In this document: positions 8,857 through 18,615 of the stretch, one piece after another | How the letters are laid out: each line of letters begins with the position of its first letter | Numbering within the stretch: position 1 is the first letter of the stretch | DNA from: an uncultured Candidatus Saccharibacteria bacterium | Lineage (GTDB): Bacteria; Patescibacteriota; Saccharimonadia; Saccharimonadales; UBA4665 | NCBI GenBank assembly: GCA_963820105.1 | Contig: CAWFYI010000003.1 | Coordinates: 12,475 to 76,474 of the forward strand | Direction of reading: 5' to 3' | Length of the DNA: 64,000 nt | Position numbers and translations under genes: made by a program | The notes under the pieces: model-generated | The model's input: only the letters and a program-made list of their open reading frames with translations | The model's database searches: none | What the model was told of the DNA's origin: nothing

Positions 8857-9948
8857 CTAGCTCTTCAGCGGCATAATAATATGCCTGTAGTCGTCATTGG
8901 CTGGGTCGTATATGAGCGTAGGCTCAAGTTTGCCATTGAACCCAAATACAACCTCTTCTCCGGTCAGAGCGCCTAGGGCATCGAGCAAGTAGCGTGAATT
9001 AAGTGTGATGCTGCCGTCGGCGGTTATTTTAGCGTCAGCGGTAGCGGTGTTCTTGCCAAGTTGGGAGGCAACAGAGCGTATGCTTAGGTTTTTGGCTGAT
9101 TTATCGAGTTCTATGGTCACGCTACCTGCGCTTTCGCGGGCAAACAAACTAGAAACCTTGGTCACGTTAATAAAATCGGCTTTTTTTAAAGTAGCTTTGG
9201 ATTTGAATGTATTGGGGATTAGTTTTTTATAATCAGGGTATTTTCCGTCCAGTAGGCGGGTTACCAACTCTATGTCGCCTACTTGGAAGAGTATTTGTTG
9301 TTCGTCGTGTGTTATTTTTACTTGGTCGTCCGTTTCGCCGAGCACCCTTAACAAGTCCTGCATGGCTGAAGCTGGTACAAGCAGGTGGATATTTTCTTTG
9401 TTTTTGCCCAGCCCCTTTTCCGCGAGGCGGTAGCTGTCTGTCGCAGCCATTGAAAGAGTGCCCTCTGCTGTTTGCAGAAGTACTCCTGTTAAAACTGGTC
9501 GTGTTTCGTCGGCTGAAGCCGCAAACACTACTTGTTGTAGGGCTTTTTTAAACTCGGGCCCGGGAACGCTCCATTTTTTGCCAGAGGAAATAGCTGGCAT
9601 AACTGGGAAATCATCGGCCATTATACCGTTTACCACGGATTTATATTGGTCAGTGGAAACATGAAGTTTGGTTTCTTGAAGGTCTAGCTCTATAACCCCT
9701 CCAGGAAGGCTGCTAACGAAATCCTGCATAAGCCGAGCGGGGACGGTGATAGACCCTTCTTCAGAAACTTTGGCGCCGATCAGATGGGTTATGGCTATAT
9801 CAAGGTTGGTAGCTGACAAACTCAATCGATTATTGCTGGTTTTTATCAAAACATTGGAGAGTATGGGGAGGGTGCCGCGGTTATTGGCGACTTTAGCCAC
9901 TGAGTTTAGTGCGCGATTGAGGTTTTCTTGTGTAACTTGTAGCTTCAT
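8857..9948 (-). CDS. dnaN: DNA polymerase III beta sliding clamp
   Basis: 363 aa. The N-terminus MKLQVTQENLNRALNSVAKVANNRGTLPILSNVLI is typical of DnaN, and the gene lies between dnaA and recF. Confidence 0.95.
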   Translation of the reverse strand: MKLQVTQENLNRALNSVAKVANNRGTLPILSNVLIKTSNNRLSLSATNLDIAITHLIGAKVSEEGSITVPARLMQDFVSSLPGGVIELDLQETKLHVSTDQYKSVVNGIMADDFPVMPAISSGKKWSVPGPEFKKALQQVVFAASADETRPVLTGVLLQTAEGTLSMAATDSYRLAEKGLGKNKENIHLLVPASAMQDLLRVLGETDDQVKITHDEQQILFQVGDIELVTRLLDGKYPDYKKLIPNTFKSKATLKKADFINVTKVSSLFARESAGSVTIELDKSAKNLSIRSVASQLGKNTATADAKITADGSITLNSRYLLDALGALTGEEVVFGFNGKLEPTLIYDPANDDYRHIIMPLKS

Positions 9949-10179
9949 TACAAACCCTTCTATTAATAACTAAATAAATTAAAAAACTTTGTTGTTATTA
10001 GGGTTGTGGAATGTGGGTAAAAAAACCGGCTCAACAGAGAGAAAACCCTGAAATTGCTTGTGGGAAAGGTTTGGTAAAGTGTGGGGAGAGAATTTGTATA
10101 ACTAACACCCGCTATAAAACCAGGCACAGTTTGTGCACAGTAACCCCCCACTAATACCACAGGATTTCCCCAGACGACA
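9949..10179. other. dnaA-dnaN intergenic region with AT-rich tract; possible second origin module or DNA-unwinding element
   Basis: A very AT-rich run lies at about 9961-9998 (tattaataactaaataaattaaaaaactttgttgttatta). There is one 1-mismatch DnaA box, TGTGGGTAA, at 10012-10020; other candidates have 2 or more mismatches. Confidence 0.3.
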
Positions 10180-11568
10180 TTAAGCATACAAATGCTCCTT
10201 GATTTCAGATATTGCCATGCGTAAAGACGCGTCGGCGCGAGCCTCACGGTCAATTTTGTCTACGGAATGAATAGCGGTCGTATGATCTTTACGGCCAAGC
10301 TCCCTGGCTATCTTCGGAAAACTTAATTTAAGTTCAGAACGCAATATATACATAGCAACCTGTCGCGGCACCACTATATCTTTGTCGCGCTTAGGGCCCA
10401 CTATATCCTCCATAGACACCTGGAAATGCCGCGCTGTACGCTCGATTATCTGCTTGGCGCTCAAGTGCTTAGGTCTGGTTTTGTTGACGCTCAGCAAGCT
10501 GGATGCGATGGCTAGTGTGGGTTCCAAACCGCGCATTTCACAATAAGCCAATAATTGGTTTAACGCCCCTTCTAATTCCCGGATATTGGTCTGCATACTA
10601 GTGGCCAAATATTCTACTACTTCATTGTCTAGCTCACTGTCGTGGTAGCCGGCTTTTGTCTGAACTATTGCACAACGCGTTTCAAAATCCGGCACCTGCA
10701 TATCAATCCCCATCCCCCCTGTAAAACGCGACTTGAGACGGTCTTCCAGGGTAGGAATGTTCTTCGGCGGCTTGTCGGCACTTAGGATTATTTGTTTGTT
10801 GGCCTCGTGCAAAGCGTTAAACGTATGAAAAAATTCTTCCTGGACCTTCTCTTTTCCAGCTATGAACTGTACATCATCCACGATTAGCACATCGGCGGTG
10901 CGGTAGTGCCTGGCAAAAGCAGCGGTCTTGCGAAAACGCAAAGCGTCTACAAACTCCTGCACGAATTGCTCGGTAGATATATAAAGCACCCTGGAGTCCG
11001 GGTTCCTGGCCGCAAGAGTATTACCCACAGCTTGGATTAAGTGGGTTTTTCCTATGCCCACGCCGCCATACAGGAAGAGGGGATTGTATTTGGCGCCAGG
11101 TTTCTGGGCTACTGACTGGCAGGCCGCGAACGCCAGCTCGTTCCCGTCGCCAACCACGAAATTATCGAAAGTATAGCGTTCGTTCAACCCCTGGCGGTAG
11201 GAGTGTCCTAAACCGTTGCCGGCACTGGCGGGAGTGTCCGGCTTGGGGGCCGCCTTAATCTCGGCTGCCGGCTCAACAACTTCTCTGTATTCAGAACGGC
11301 TCTTACTGGTTTGTGCCGAGACCGTGTACTCTATGTTGTTGACCGCGACACCATTTTTATCCAAGGTTTTGGTTATAAGATCGCCGTACTTACGCTCCAA
11401 TTGCTGTTTGATAAAGATATTGGGAACGCCCACTACCAGATTATCACCCTCGTGTTTGATAAGGTTCGTGTTTTTAAACCAGGTAACGTAATTGCCGTGT
11501 GAAACAGACAGCTCGATTTCTCCTAGAACAGTCTGCCATAAGACACCTGGCTGCATAGCACTCCCCAT
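10180..11568 (-). CDS. dnaA: Chromosomal replication initiator DnaA
   Basis: AAA+ Walker A is LYGGVGIGKTHLIQAVGN, Walker B is LIVDDVQF, and the C-terminal DNA-binding helix is GRKDHTTAIHSVDKI. Confidence 0.97.
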   Translation of the reverse strand: MGSAMQPGVLWQTVLGEIELSVSHGNYVTWFKNTNLIKHEGDNLVVGVPNIFIKQQLERKYGDLITKTLDKNGVAVNNIEYTVSAQTSKSRSEYREVVEPAAEIKAAPKPDTPASAGNGLGHSYRQGLNERYTFDNFVVGDGNELAFAACQSVAQKPGAKYNPLFLYGGVGIGKTHLIQAVGNTLAARNPDSRVLYISTEQFVQEFVDALRFRKTAAFARHYRTADVLIVDDVQFIAGKEKVQEEFFHTFNALHEANKQIILSADKPPKNIPTLEDRLKSRFTGGMGIDMQVPDFETRCAIVQTKAGYHDSELDNEVVEYLATSMQTNIRELEGALNQLLAYCEMRGLEPTLAIASSLLSVNKTRPKHLSAKQIIERTARHFQVSMEDIVGPKRDKDIVVPRQVAMYILRSELKLSFPKIARELGRKDHTTAIHSVDKIDREARADASLRMAISEIKEHLYA

Positions 11569-11607
11569 TTACTTTTCGTACTCTTAATATACGGAATCTA
11601 TCATAAG

Positions 11608-11732
11608 TTTTCCACAAAGAATCGACAAGCATAGGCGTAAAGGCCGGGAAAAACAGCACCAGAGGGAAAATTATACACAAGCCAAAATCACCCCAGTTAA
11701 ATTGTGGACAAAAGCCTTTATGTAGTGGATAA
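11608..11732. other. oriC candidate: cluster of four 1-mismatch DnaA boxes in the dnaA/rpmH divergent spacer
   Basis: The boxes are TTTTCCACA (11608-11616), TTATACACA (11671-11679), TGTGGACAA (11703-11711) and AGTGGATAA (11724-11732), compared with consensus TTATCCACA/TGTGGATAA. The spacer 11569-11852 separates divergently transcribed dnaA and rpmH. Confidence 0.6.
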
Positions 11733-11852
11733 CCCTCGACCGAAAGGCGGATAAACATTGTTAAAACCACACGCTGGCGGCCGATGGGTGCAACTCTTTA
11801 CATACAGGGGCAAAACAGCTATAGTCTTACAGATACGAACCGATAGGAATAT

Positions 11853-11990
11853 ATGCCGAAACGGACCCACCAGCCCAAGAAACGATCACGCGCCCGCGAG
11901 CACGGCTTTTTGAAACGCATGGCCACCAAGAGCGGCCGGAACGTCCTGAAGCGACGCCGCGACAAAAAGCGCGCCAAACTCTCTGCATGA
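11853..11990 (+). CDS. rpmH: 50S ribosomal protein L34 (below the ORF-track size cutoff)
   Basis: Hand translation gives [45 protein letters not shown] (45 aa), a good match to the L34 consensus. Its TGA overlaps the rnpA ATG (ATGA at 11987-11990). Confidence 0.93.
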   Translation: MPKRTHQPKKRSRAREHGFLKRMATKSGRNVLKRRRDKKRAKLSA

Positions 11991-12325
11991 TCGGACGCGC
12001 CCACCGGTTCCATGGACATAATGCGCTTAACGGCGTCTATCGCCGCGGCAGAACTGTCCGCGCCTCTTTAATGAGTCTGCGCATTGCCGCCCGTGATTCT
12101 AAAAAACCTTACCGCGTGGCGGTGGTGGTCAGCCGCAAGGTCAATAAATCGGCGGTGATACGCAACCGTATACGCAGACGCGTCTACGCGGCGGTTAGAA
12201 AGACTGCTACAGAAGTGAATCCGGGGACCGATCTGGTCTTCACCGTCTTCAGCGACAAGGTGAGGGAAGTACCGGCGGATGAACTGCAAGAAATAGTCGC
12301 CGGGCTGCTCGGCAAAGCCGCCTGA
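11987..12325 (+). CDS. rnpA: Ribonuclease P protein component
   Basis: A 112-aa basic protein with [33 protein letters not shown] (the RNR motif region), in the canonical position after rpmH. Confidence 0.85.
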   Translation: MIGRAHRFHGHNALNGVYRRGRTVRASLMSLRIAARDSKKPYRVAVVVSRKVNKSAVIRNRIRRRVYAAVRKTATEVNPGTDLVFTVFSDKVREVPADELQEIVAGLLGKAA

Positions 12326-12378
12326 TGCCGCTGGGTCCACCGCGGAACATCGGTCAAGCATGATATAGTAATAGGCAA

Positions 12379-13329
12379 ATGTTCACAACCCTGATCGTCC
12401 AACCGCTTTTTAACCTATTGGTGCTGATTTACGCGCTTCTGCCCGGCCATAACTTCGGCTTTGCCCTGGTAATTTTCACCATAATCATCCGTCTGATTCT
12501 GTGGCCATTGGTAAAAAAACAGCTGCACCAGGCTCGCGCTATGCGCGAACTTCAGCCGGAGATTAAGAAAGTCAAACAGGCTACCAAGGGCGACCGCCAG
12601 AAAGAATCCCAGATGCTCATGGAGCTGTACAAAGAGAAGGGCATCAACCCGATTGGTACCCTGCCCACGCTCATCGTACAGGTGGTAGTGCTGATAGGCC
12701 TCTACAGCGGTTTGCGCCGGATCATCGCCGACCCGCACAGTTTGATTAGTTTCTCGTACCCGGCAATCCAGCATATGGGCTGGATGCGGCATCTGGCGCA
12801 CGACATACATGCGTTCGACGACACGTTGTTCGGCTGGGTCGACTTGAGCCGCGCGGCCCTGACCAAAGGCATGCCCATCTACTGGCCGGCGATGCTCATC
12901 GTCTTGGGCAGTGCTATCGCCCAATTTTTCCAGGGCCGGCAGCTGATGCCAGCCGACAAAGAAAAGAAAGGCCTGCGCACCATCCTCAAACAGGCCAGCG
13001 GCGGCAACCAGGCCGACCAGTCCGAGATCAATGCCGCAGTAGGCCGCAGCACGATGTACTTGTTGCCGTTCATGATTTTCTTCTTCACGGTCAGCCTGGC
13101 CTCGGCACTAAGCCTGTACTGGCTGATAAGCGGCTTGGTGGCCTACATACAGCAAAGCATCATCCTGAACCGCGATGAAGAAGAGATGGAAGACATCGCC
13201 GACAAACCCACGGGCAAAAACGTTTCCAGCATTCCGGAAGCTGAAATCGTCGAGGTATTGGACAAGGCTTCCGCCAAGACGAAGAAATCTGCCAAGCGAA
13301 AGACCAGAAAACAGAGGCGCAAGAAATGA
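12379..13329 (+). CDS. yidC: Membrane protein insertase YidC (short, Gram-positive type)
   Basis: 316 aa and polytopic. It has FALVIFTIIIRLILWPLVKKQ and a Lys/Arg-rich C-terminal tail, and follows rnpA. Confidence 0.9.
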   Translation: MFTTLIVQPLFNLLVLIYALLPGHNFGFALVIFTIIIRLILWPLVKKQLHQARAMRELQPEIKKVKQATKGDRQKESQMLMELYKEKGINPIGTLPTLIVQVVVLIGLYSGLRRIIADPHSLISFSYPAIQHMGWMRHLAHDIHAFDDTLFGWVDLSRAALTKGMPIYWPAMLIVLGSAIAQFFQGRQLMPADKEKKGLRTILKQASGGNQADQSEINAAVGRSTMYLLPFMIFFFTVSLASALSLYWLISGLVAYIQQSIILNRDEEEMEDIADKPTGKNVSSIPEAEIVEVLDKASAKTKKSAKRKTRKQRRKK

Positions 13330-13826
13330 GCGACGCGGCGAACGATTCCATGGAAGAAGCCATTACCTACGCCAAGAAATATCTGGAAGACCTGCTGTCG
13401 TTCTTCGGCCTTAATACGGATGTCTACGCCACCAGCGACGACGAAGTCATCCAGCTGAACGTACCCAGCACGCACATGAACGGTTTCCTGATTGGTCAAC
13501 GCGGCGAGAGCATGCGCTCTTTGCAGTATCTGACCAGCACGGCGTTAAAAAACGCCGGTTACTTGAACAACCGCGTAAACGTCGACATTGCCGAATACAA
13601 GAAACAGCGGGCCGATCGCTTGCGTGACCGCGCGGAGGCCTGGGTGAAACAGGTTCAGGACAGTAGCGAGCCGATGGATTTGGAACCGATGAACGCCGCC
13701 GACCGCCGCGTGGTGCACAAACTGGCCGCGGAGTACGGGCTGACCAGCGAATCGGAGGGCGAGGGCCGCGACCGTCACATCGTTCTCAAACGCGAAGAAA
13801 GTGCCGCAACCGAGCCCGACAAATAA
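13326..13826 (+). CDS. jag: Jag/KhpB-like RNA-binding protein (KH + R3H domains)
   Basis: The R3H block is DRRVVHKLAAEYGLTSESEGEGRDRHIVLK. The start forms an ATGA overlap with the yidC stop, in the conserved yidC-jag pair. Confidence 0.8.
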   Translation: MSDAANDSMEEAITYAKKYLEDLLSFFGLNTDVYATSDDEVIQLNVPSTHMNGFLIGQRGESMRSLQYLTSTALKNAGYLNNRVNVDIAEYKKQRADRLRDRAEAWVKQVQDSSEPMDLEPMNAADRRVVHKLAAEYGLTSESEGEGRDRHIVLKREESAATEPDK

Positions 13827-13864
13827 AACTGATTGTGGTTGGCTCCGGACCCTGGCCGGTTCCG

Positions 13865-13907
13865 ATTAGGACGTTTTGCGTACGTTTTGAACGCAAAACG
13901 TCCTAAT
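13865..13907. terminator. Perfect 17-bp-stem hairpin between convergent genes (candidate bidirectional terminator)
   Basis: ATTAGGACGTTTTGCGT (13865-13881) pairs perfectly with ACGCAAAACGTCCTAAT (13891-13907) across a 9-nt loop. The right arm overlaps the stop codon (13903-13905) of the minus-strand glycosyltransferase. There is no long U tract on either side. Confidence 0.55.
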
Positions 13908-14997
13908 CGCCCAAGGCTTTCTTGTAGACGGCGAGGGTCTGTTCCGCCATGCGCTTCCAGGAGTAGTTCTTTACCTGGGCATGGCCTTTCTTTATGAGGC
14001 CGGCGCGCAGGTCCTTGTCGCTCAAGATCTCATCGATAGCAGTGGCCATGGCGGCCGTATCCTTAGGGTCGAAGTAATGCGCAGCGTCGCCGTAGACCTC
14101 GGGCAAACAGGTGGCATTGCTGGAAACCACAGGCGCGCCGTGGCACATGGCCTCTAACCCTGGCAGACCGAATCCTTCGCTCAAAGAAGGGAACACGTAA
14201 GCCTCGCAATTTTCATAAAGCCAGCGCAGCTCGCCGTCGCTCACGAAGCCGGGAAAATACAGGTTCTTTACGCCCTTCACGTAGGCGTTGTCCTCTATGC
14301 GTTGGTAATTGGCGTCGGTACGCCCGGCCATCACCAGCATAAGTTCAGGGTATTTGGCCTGAAGGGAAGCGAAGGCTTCTATCAGCCGCTCCAGATTCTT
14401 GTGCGGCGTAGGCCGGCCCACGTACATCAGGAACCGGCGGCCGGTGAGCTGTTTCATAGCCTTGGGCCGGTCGGTTATGGCGTCGGCCGCCTCGGGCGTC
14501 ACCGTAATCTTATCCCGCTGTACGCCGGTGAAACGCACCAAGTCATCGGCCACGAACTGAGATGGAACTATAAGTGCCGCGGACTTGTGAGCAGACCGCC
14601 ACACCACATACTTATAAATCTGTTGTTTGAAGGTAAAGATAGCGGAGTTCTTGGCGGGATTGGAAAAACGCATGGTGGTCAGATCGTGCACAGTCGTAAC
14701 CACGCGGCCGCGGTACCAGATAGGCTGGTGTACCATGCCGAAATGCACCAGATCCGCCCCTAACCCGTCCAGCTGTTTCTTGAAGCCGATCTGCTCCCCG
14801 AACCCGAATTCCTTGTGCGGACAGACGTGCTTGTTGAAGTTGGCATGTTCCGGATTCCAACTGGCGATATCGTTAGGCTTCAGCAGTACGATGTATTCGT
14901 GCTCGCGGTCAATCTCCTGTAAGTAGTGCAGGAGCCGCTCCATATAACGGCCGGTGCTGGTCCGCAGTTCGCGGGCGTCTATGACTATGCGCTTCAT
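13903..14997 (-). CDS. Glycosyltransferase, GT-B fold, family 4
   Basis: C-terminal EX7E region is FPSLSEGFGLPGLEAMCHGAPVVSSNATCLPEV. 364 aa. Confidence 0.85.
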   Translation of the reverse strand: MKRIVIDARELRTSTGRYMERLLHYLQEIDREHEYIVLLKPNDIASWNPEHANFNKHVCPHKEFGFGEQIGFKKQLDGLGADLVHFGMVHQPIWYRGRVVTTVHDLTTMRFSNPAKNSAIFTFKQQIYKYVVWRSAHKSAALIVPSQFVADDLVRFTGVQRDKITVTPEAADAITDRPKAMKQLTGRRFLMYVGRPTPHKNLERLIEAFASLQAKYPELMLVMAGRTDANYQRIEDNAYVKGVKNLYFPGFVSDGELRWLYENCEAYVFPSLSEGFGLPGLEAMCHGAPVVSSNATCLPEVYGDAAHYFDPKDTAAMATAIDEILSDKDLRAGLIKKGHAQVKNYSWKRMAEQTLAVYKKALGD

Positions 14998-15022
14998 GAG
15001 TCTATAATAACGCGCCGGGCTG

Positions 15023-16039
15023 ATGTTATACTACTCACAAGCTATGGGAAAACAAGCACTCATAACCGGAATTACCGGGCAGGACGGCTATCATCTGTCC
15101 GAACTTCTTCACGAGAAAGGCTACAAAGTCTACGGACTGATCCGCGGCCAGCATAACCCCAAACGTGGGCGCTTAGAGCAGGAGCAGCCCTATATAAAGC
15201 TCGTTGAAGGCGATCTGACCGACCCGACGTCCCTGATGAGAGCCTTGGAAATATCCAAGCCTGACGAGGTCTACAACCTTGCCGCCATAAGCCATGTAGG
15301 CTATTCGTTTAAGACCCCCCAGCTGGTGGCAGACGTCACCGGCAAGGGCGTACTGAACGTGCTGGAGGCCATCCGCCACACCGGCGGCACCAAATCCGTG
15401 CGCTTTTACCAGGCCTCTACGTCCGAGATGTTCGGCGGGCTGGATTACAACCGGCCGGGCAAAGGCTACGACGAAAACGCATTGTTCCACCCGCGCAGTC
15501 CTTACGGCGTAGCTAAGCTCTACGGCCACTGGATAACCAAGAACTACCGCGAAAGCTACGACATGCACGCTACCTCTGGCATTCTGTTCAATCATGAAGG
15601 TGAACGCCGCGGACTGGAGTTCGTGACGCGCAAGATCAGCAATGCCGTCGCGCGCATACATCTGGGCAAGCAGGATCACATAGAATTGGGCAACCTGGAC
15701 GCCAAACGTGACTGGGGCTATGCCGGCGACTACGTGGAAGGCATGTGGCGGATGTTGCAGCAGGAAAAGCCGGACGACTACGTGCTGGCCACCGGCGCGA
15801 CGCATTCCATCGAGGATTTCCTGGAACTAGCCTTCAAACAGATAGGGATTGACGACTGGAAGCCTTACGTCAAACAGAACCCGGCCTTCATGCGCCCATC
15901 CGAGGTAGACATACTGCTCGGTAACCCGGCCAAGGCCGAAAAAGTGCTGGGCTGGAAGCGCAAAGTCGACTTTGAAGGCCTGGTGAAGCTGATGGTCGAA
16001 TACGACATCGGCCTGGAATCGGCCACTAATCTGACCTAG
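15023..16039 (+). CDS. gmd: GDP-mannose 4,6-dehydratase
   Basis: Motifs are ALITGITGQDGYHLSELLHEKGYKVYGLIRG, YGVAKLYGHW and NHEGERRG. An alternative start, MGKQALITG, is at 15044. Confidence 0.92.
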   Translation: MLYYSQAMGKQALITGITGQDGYHLSELLHEKGYKVYGLIRGQHNPKRGRLEQEQPYIKLVEGDLTDPTSLMRALEISKPDEVYNLAAISHVGYSFKTPQLVADVTGKGVLNVLEAIRHTGGTKSVRFYQASTSEMFGGLDYNRPGKGYDENALFHPRSPYGVAKLYGHWITKNYRESYDMHATSGILFNHEGERRGLEFVTRKISNAVARIHLGKQDHIELGNLDAKRDWGYAGDYVEGMWRMLQQEKPDDYVLATGATHSIEDFLELAFKQIGIDDWKPYVKQNPAFMRPSEVDILLGNPAKAEKVLGWKRKVDFEGLVKLMVEYDIGLESATNLT

Positions 16040-16046
16040 GAACGAC

Positions 16047-16973
16047 TTAGCGGTCGCGCCAGTCGGCGATAACGTCTTCCAGGGTAGTTTCCAGAGAGAT
16101 CTGAGGCTTCCAGCCTGTGGCTTCCGTAAGCTTGGAGCTGTCGCCGTAAATCTCGGGCGCATCGGAGGGACGCATCTTCTCCGGGTCTTCCTTGAGCGGC
16201 GCCTTGGATCCGGCGGCCTTGAGCAGGCCTGACACCATATCATGGCCGCTTACGGCCTTGCCGGAGCAGACGTTATAAATTTCGCCGGCCTTGCTCTTTT
16301 CGAGCAGCAGGCGGTAGGCGCGGACGATGTCGCGCACGTCAGTGTAATCACGTTTGGCGTCCAGGTTGCCGACCAGCACCTCGGACTGCTTGCCCTGTTC
16401 GCAAGCGATAATCTGTTGGGCTACATCCGGTATCAAGAAGCCGGGATTCTGGCCAGGGCCGATGTGGTTAAACGGCCGGGCAATAACGCAGGAAAATCCC
16501 CGTAGACCGTAGTGCAGCGCCATCTGCTCCTGGCCGATCTTGCTCACGGCATAAGGCGACCCTGGGAAAACGTCTGATTTTTCAGTCAGGGGCAGGGGGG
16601 ATTTAGCGTCGTACAAGTTGCCGCTGCTGATGACTAGGAACTTAGGCTTGGCGCCCTGGGCGAGCGCGGCCTCGAACAGGTTTATCTCGATACCCACGTT
16701 GGTGGTTATATAAGTCAGAGGGTCGTCAAACGACGGGCCCACTGCAGCCAGCCCTGCCAAGTGTATTACGCCGTCTATGCCGCTAAAATCCAGCTTGGCC
16801 ACGGCTGTGGCATCGTTTAGGTCCAATACCATGTATTCCGAAACGTAAGGCGACTTTTTTTTGGCGCCGGCCGGGCCGCCTACACCGACCACGTTCACGC
16901 CGTTTTCGGACAATTCTTTCACTAAGTGCTGTCCGACGAAGCCATTGGCCCCCGTCACCAGGATTTTCTTCAT
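16047..16973 (-). CDS. NAD-dependent sugar epimerase/reductase; candidate GDP-4-keto-6-deoxy-D-mannose reductase (Rmd-like)
   Basis: Rossmann motif KILVTGANGFVGQHLVKEL and catalytic YxxxK in SPYAVSKIGQE. It is 308 aa and adjacent to gmd. The specific Rmd assignment is inferred from size and context only. Confidence 0.55.
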   Translation of the reverse strand: MKKILVTGANGFVGQHLVKELSENGVNVVGVGGPAGAKKKSPYVSEYMVLDLNDATAVAKLDFSGIDGVIHLAGLAAVGPSFDDPLTYITTNVGIEINLFEAALAQGAKPKFLVISSGNLYDAKSPLPLTEKSDVFPGSPYAVSKIGQEQMALHYGLRGFSCVIARPFNHIGPGQNPGFLIPDVAQQIIACEQGKQSEVLVGNLDAKRDYTDVRDIVRAYRLLLEKSKAGEIYNVCSGKAVSGHDMVSGLLKAAGSKAPLKEDPEKMRPSDAPEIYGDSSKLTEATGWKPQISLETTLEDVIADWRDR

Positions 16974-16983
16974 ACTAAGTAGA

Positions 16984-17706
16984 CTACAGTACTACAGGTT
17001 CCGCGCAAAGCAAGACAGGAAAATTATAGTATGGGTAAGTTTGGTTGGTAATCACGCGGTCCATGACATCGTAAACCATGTCCCTATAAGCCGGGTGATA
17101 CTCGCCCTCGGGAGCTTCCAGTATACTAAACGGATCCTCCCAACGAAGATCGTTATACTCATCGTTCGGTTCAACTCGAGAGTTAAACTCTGGTTCGGAA
17201 ACCGGCATAGCGAATAACGTAACTGCCTGATGAACGCCAGTTACTAACTCTCCCTTTTCATTCCAGCTGGCCGGCTGTTCCCGAGTATCCCATATGACAT
17301 CGTACTGGGTACCTACAGGCTGGAGACGATCCTTGGCCAAGGCGGCAATCTGGTCTCCCAACTCGCGCCCTATATTATGTGTGGCCGTTTCTACGTCCGT
17401 GTCACCAGCATACTTACGTCCGCCGATAACCCAGTCGCCCGGGTGGGGCTCCCGGTCTCTCCGACCGACCAATATACGGCCGGTGTCAGGGTCGTAAATA
17501 ATGACATCACACGTTTTAGCTACTATGCTGCTAAGCGTTTCACTATAAGCTTCCGTGCTGATGAACCGCTGGAATGACGGCCTCGTGCCGTCTTTAGACG
17601 TAACATACTCCCGGACAGTAAGAACGGTACCGGCAACCTGGGTAGGCGCGTAATCTACCGTTTTACCGGTCTGTTCGTCCATAACTCTTTGGCGTTCACC
17701 AGACAT
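16984..17706 (-). CDS. NUDIX-like hydrolase (partly degenerate Nudix box)
   Basis: GDWVIGGRKYAGDTDVETATHNIGRELGDQI fits Ex7RE, but the upstream Gly spacing and the EE pair are off consensus. Its position next to the GDP-sugar genes recalls gmm/wcaH. Confidence 0.5.
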   Translation of the reverse strand: MSGERQRVMDEQTGKTVDYAPTQVAGTVLTVREYVTSKDGTRPSFQRFISTEAYSETLSSIVAKTCDVIIYDPDTGRILVGRRDREPHPGDWVIGGRKYAGDTDVETATHNIGRELGDQIAALAKDRLQPVGTQYDVIWDTREQPASWNEKGELVTGVHQAVTLFAMPVSEPEFNSRVEPNDEYNDLRWEDPFSILEAPEGEYHPAYRDMVYDVMDRVITNQTYPYYNFPVLLCAEPVVL

Positions 17707-17801
17707 ATGTATATTTAAGCATAAAATGATTAAATAATCAATACCTGAGCGAAGAGGAGTTGATTGCTACAGTAGTGAAATAGGGGTAAAATAAGCTGAA
17801 C

Positions 17802-18614
17802 GTGCGTAAATTCGCCCAACGCTATCGGTACTCTATAATTCTGCTCAGGCAGCTGGTTAAGACCGACTTCAAACTGCGCTACCAAGGTTCGGTGCTGGGC
17901 TACGCTTGGTCGCTGCTACGACCCCTGTTCCTGTTCGTAATCCTGTACATCGTGTTCGGGGTGTTTCTAAAGGCCAAGGGCAACCCGCCGATCCCTCATT
18001 ACCCAGTCTATCTGCTGCTGGGCATTGTGCTGTGGAACTACTTCTCGGAAGTCACGGTGGGCAGTGTGGCGGCCATCGTTGGCAAGGGCGAGCTCCTGCG
18101 CAAGATCAACTTCCCCAAATACGTCATCATCCTGGCCGGCTCGTTCTCCGCGTTTATCAACCTGCTTATTAACTTCGTGGTGATAGCCATATTTATGTAC
18201 TTCGGCCATGTGGCGCTTACGTGGAACGCGCTGATTATGCTGCCGCTCATAGCGGAGCTTTTTATCCTGTCTGTCGCCCTGGCGTTCTTTTTAAGCGCGC
18301 TGTTCGTGAGGTTCCGCGACGTGACTTACATCTGGGAGGTCATCATGCAGGCGGCATTTTATGCCACGCCGATACTATATCCTTTGAGCATCATACCGGA
18401 CAAAGCGGCCAAAGTACTGTTGCTTAATCCAATGGCGCAGATTATCCAGGATGCCAGACATGTGCTGGTCACGCCGGCTTCCCAGACGATCTTTGATTTC
18501 TGGGGCGGCGACTATTTGATATGGGCGATTCCTCTGGGCATGACACTTATTATCGCGGTCCTGGGAGCGGTTTACTTCCGCAGTCAGTCCAAAAACTTCG
18601 CGGAGGAGGTGTAG
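17802..18614 (+). CDS. wzm: ABC-2 type polysaccharide/teichoic-acid export permease (Wzm/TagG-like)
   Basis: 270 aa with six predicted TM helices and a GTG start. Motif LLNPMAQIIQDARHVL. It is followed 1 nt later by the cognate ATPase. Confidence 0.85.
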   Translation: MRKFAQRYRYSIILLRQLVKTDFKLRYQGSVLGYAWSLLRPLFLFVILYIVFGVFLKAKGNPPIPHYPVYLLLGIVLWNYFSEVTVGSVAAIVGKGELLRKINFPKYVIILAGSFSAFINLLINFVVIAIFMYFGHVALTWNALIMLPLIAELFILSVALAFFLSALFVRFRDVTYIWEVIMQAAFYATPILYPLSIIPDKAAKVLLLNPMAQIIQDARHVLVTPASQTIFDFWGGDYLIWAIPLGMTLIIAVLGAVYFRSQSKNFAEEV

Positions 18615-18615
18615 C

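Noticed and set aside
11819-12019. 66-aa minus-strand ORF in the dnaA/rnpA spacer
   Set aside because: It is antisense to an unmistakable rpmH (L34) reading frame at 11853-11990 on the plus strand.
15173-15805. 210-aa minus-strand ORF inside gmd. Similar long antisense or alternate-frame ORFs occur at 18550-19248, 33388-33900, 38134-38748, 43181-43780, 45176-46294 and 53585-54448.
   Set aside because: Each lies fully inside a gene with strong family motifs on the other strand. Their compositions (His/Arg/Val/Ala runs) are typical of antisense translation of GC-rich genes.
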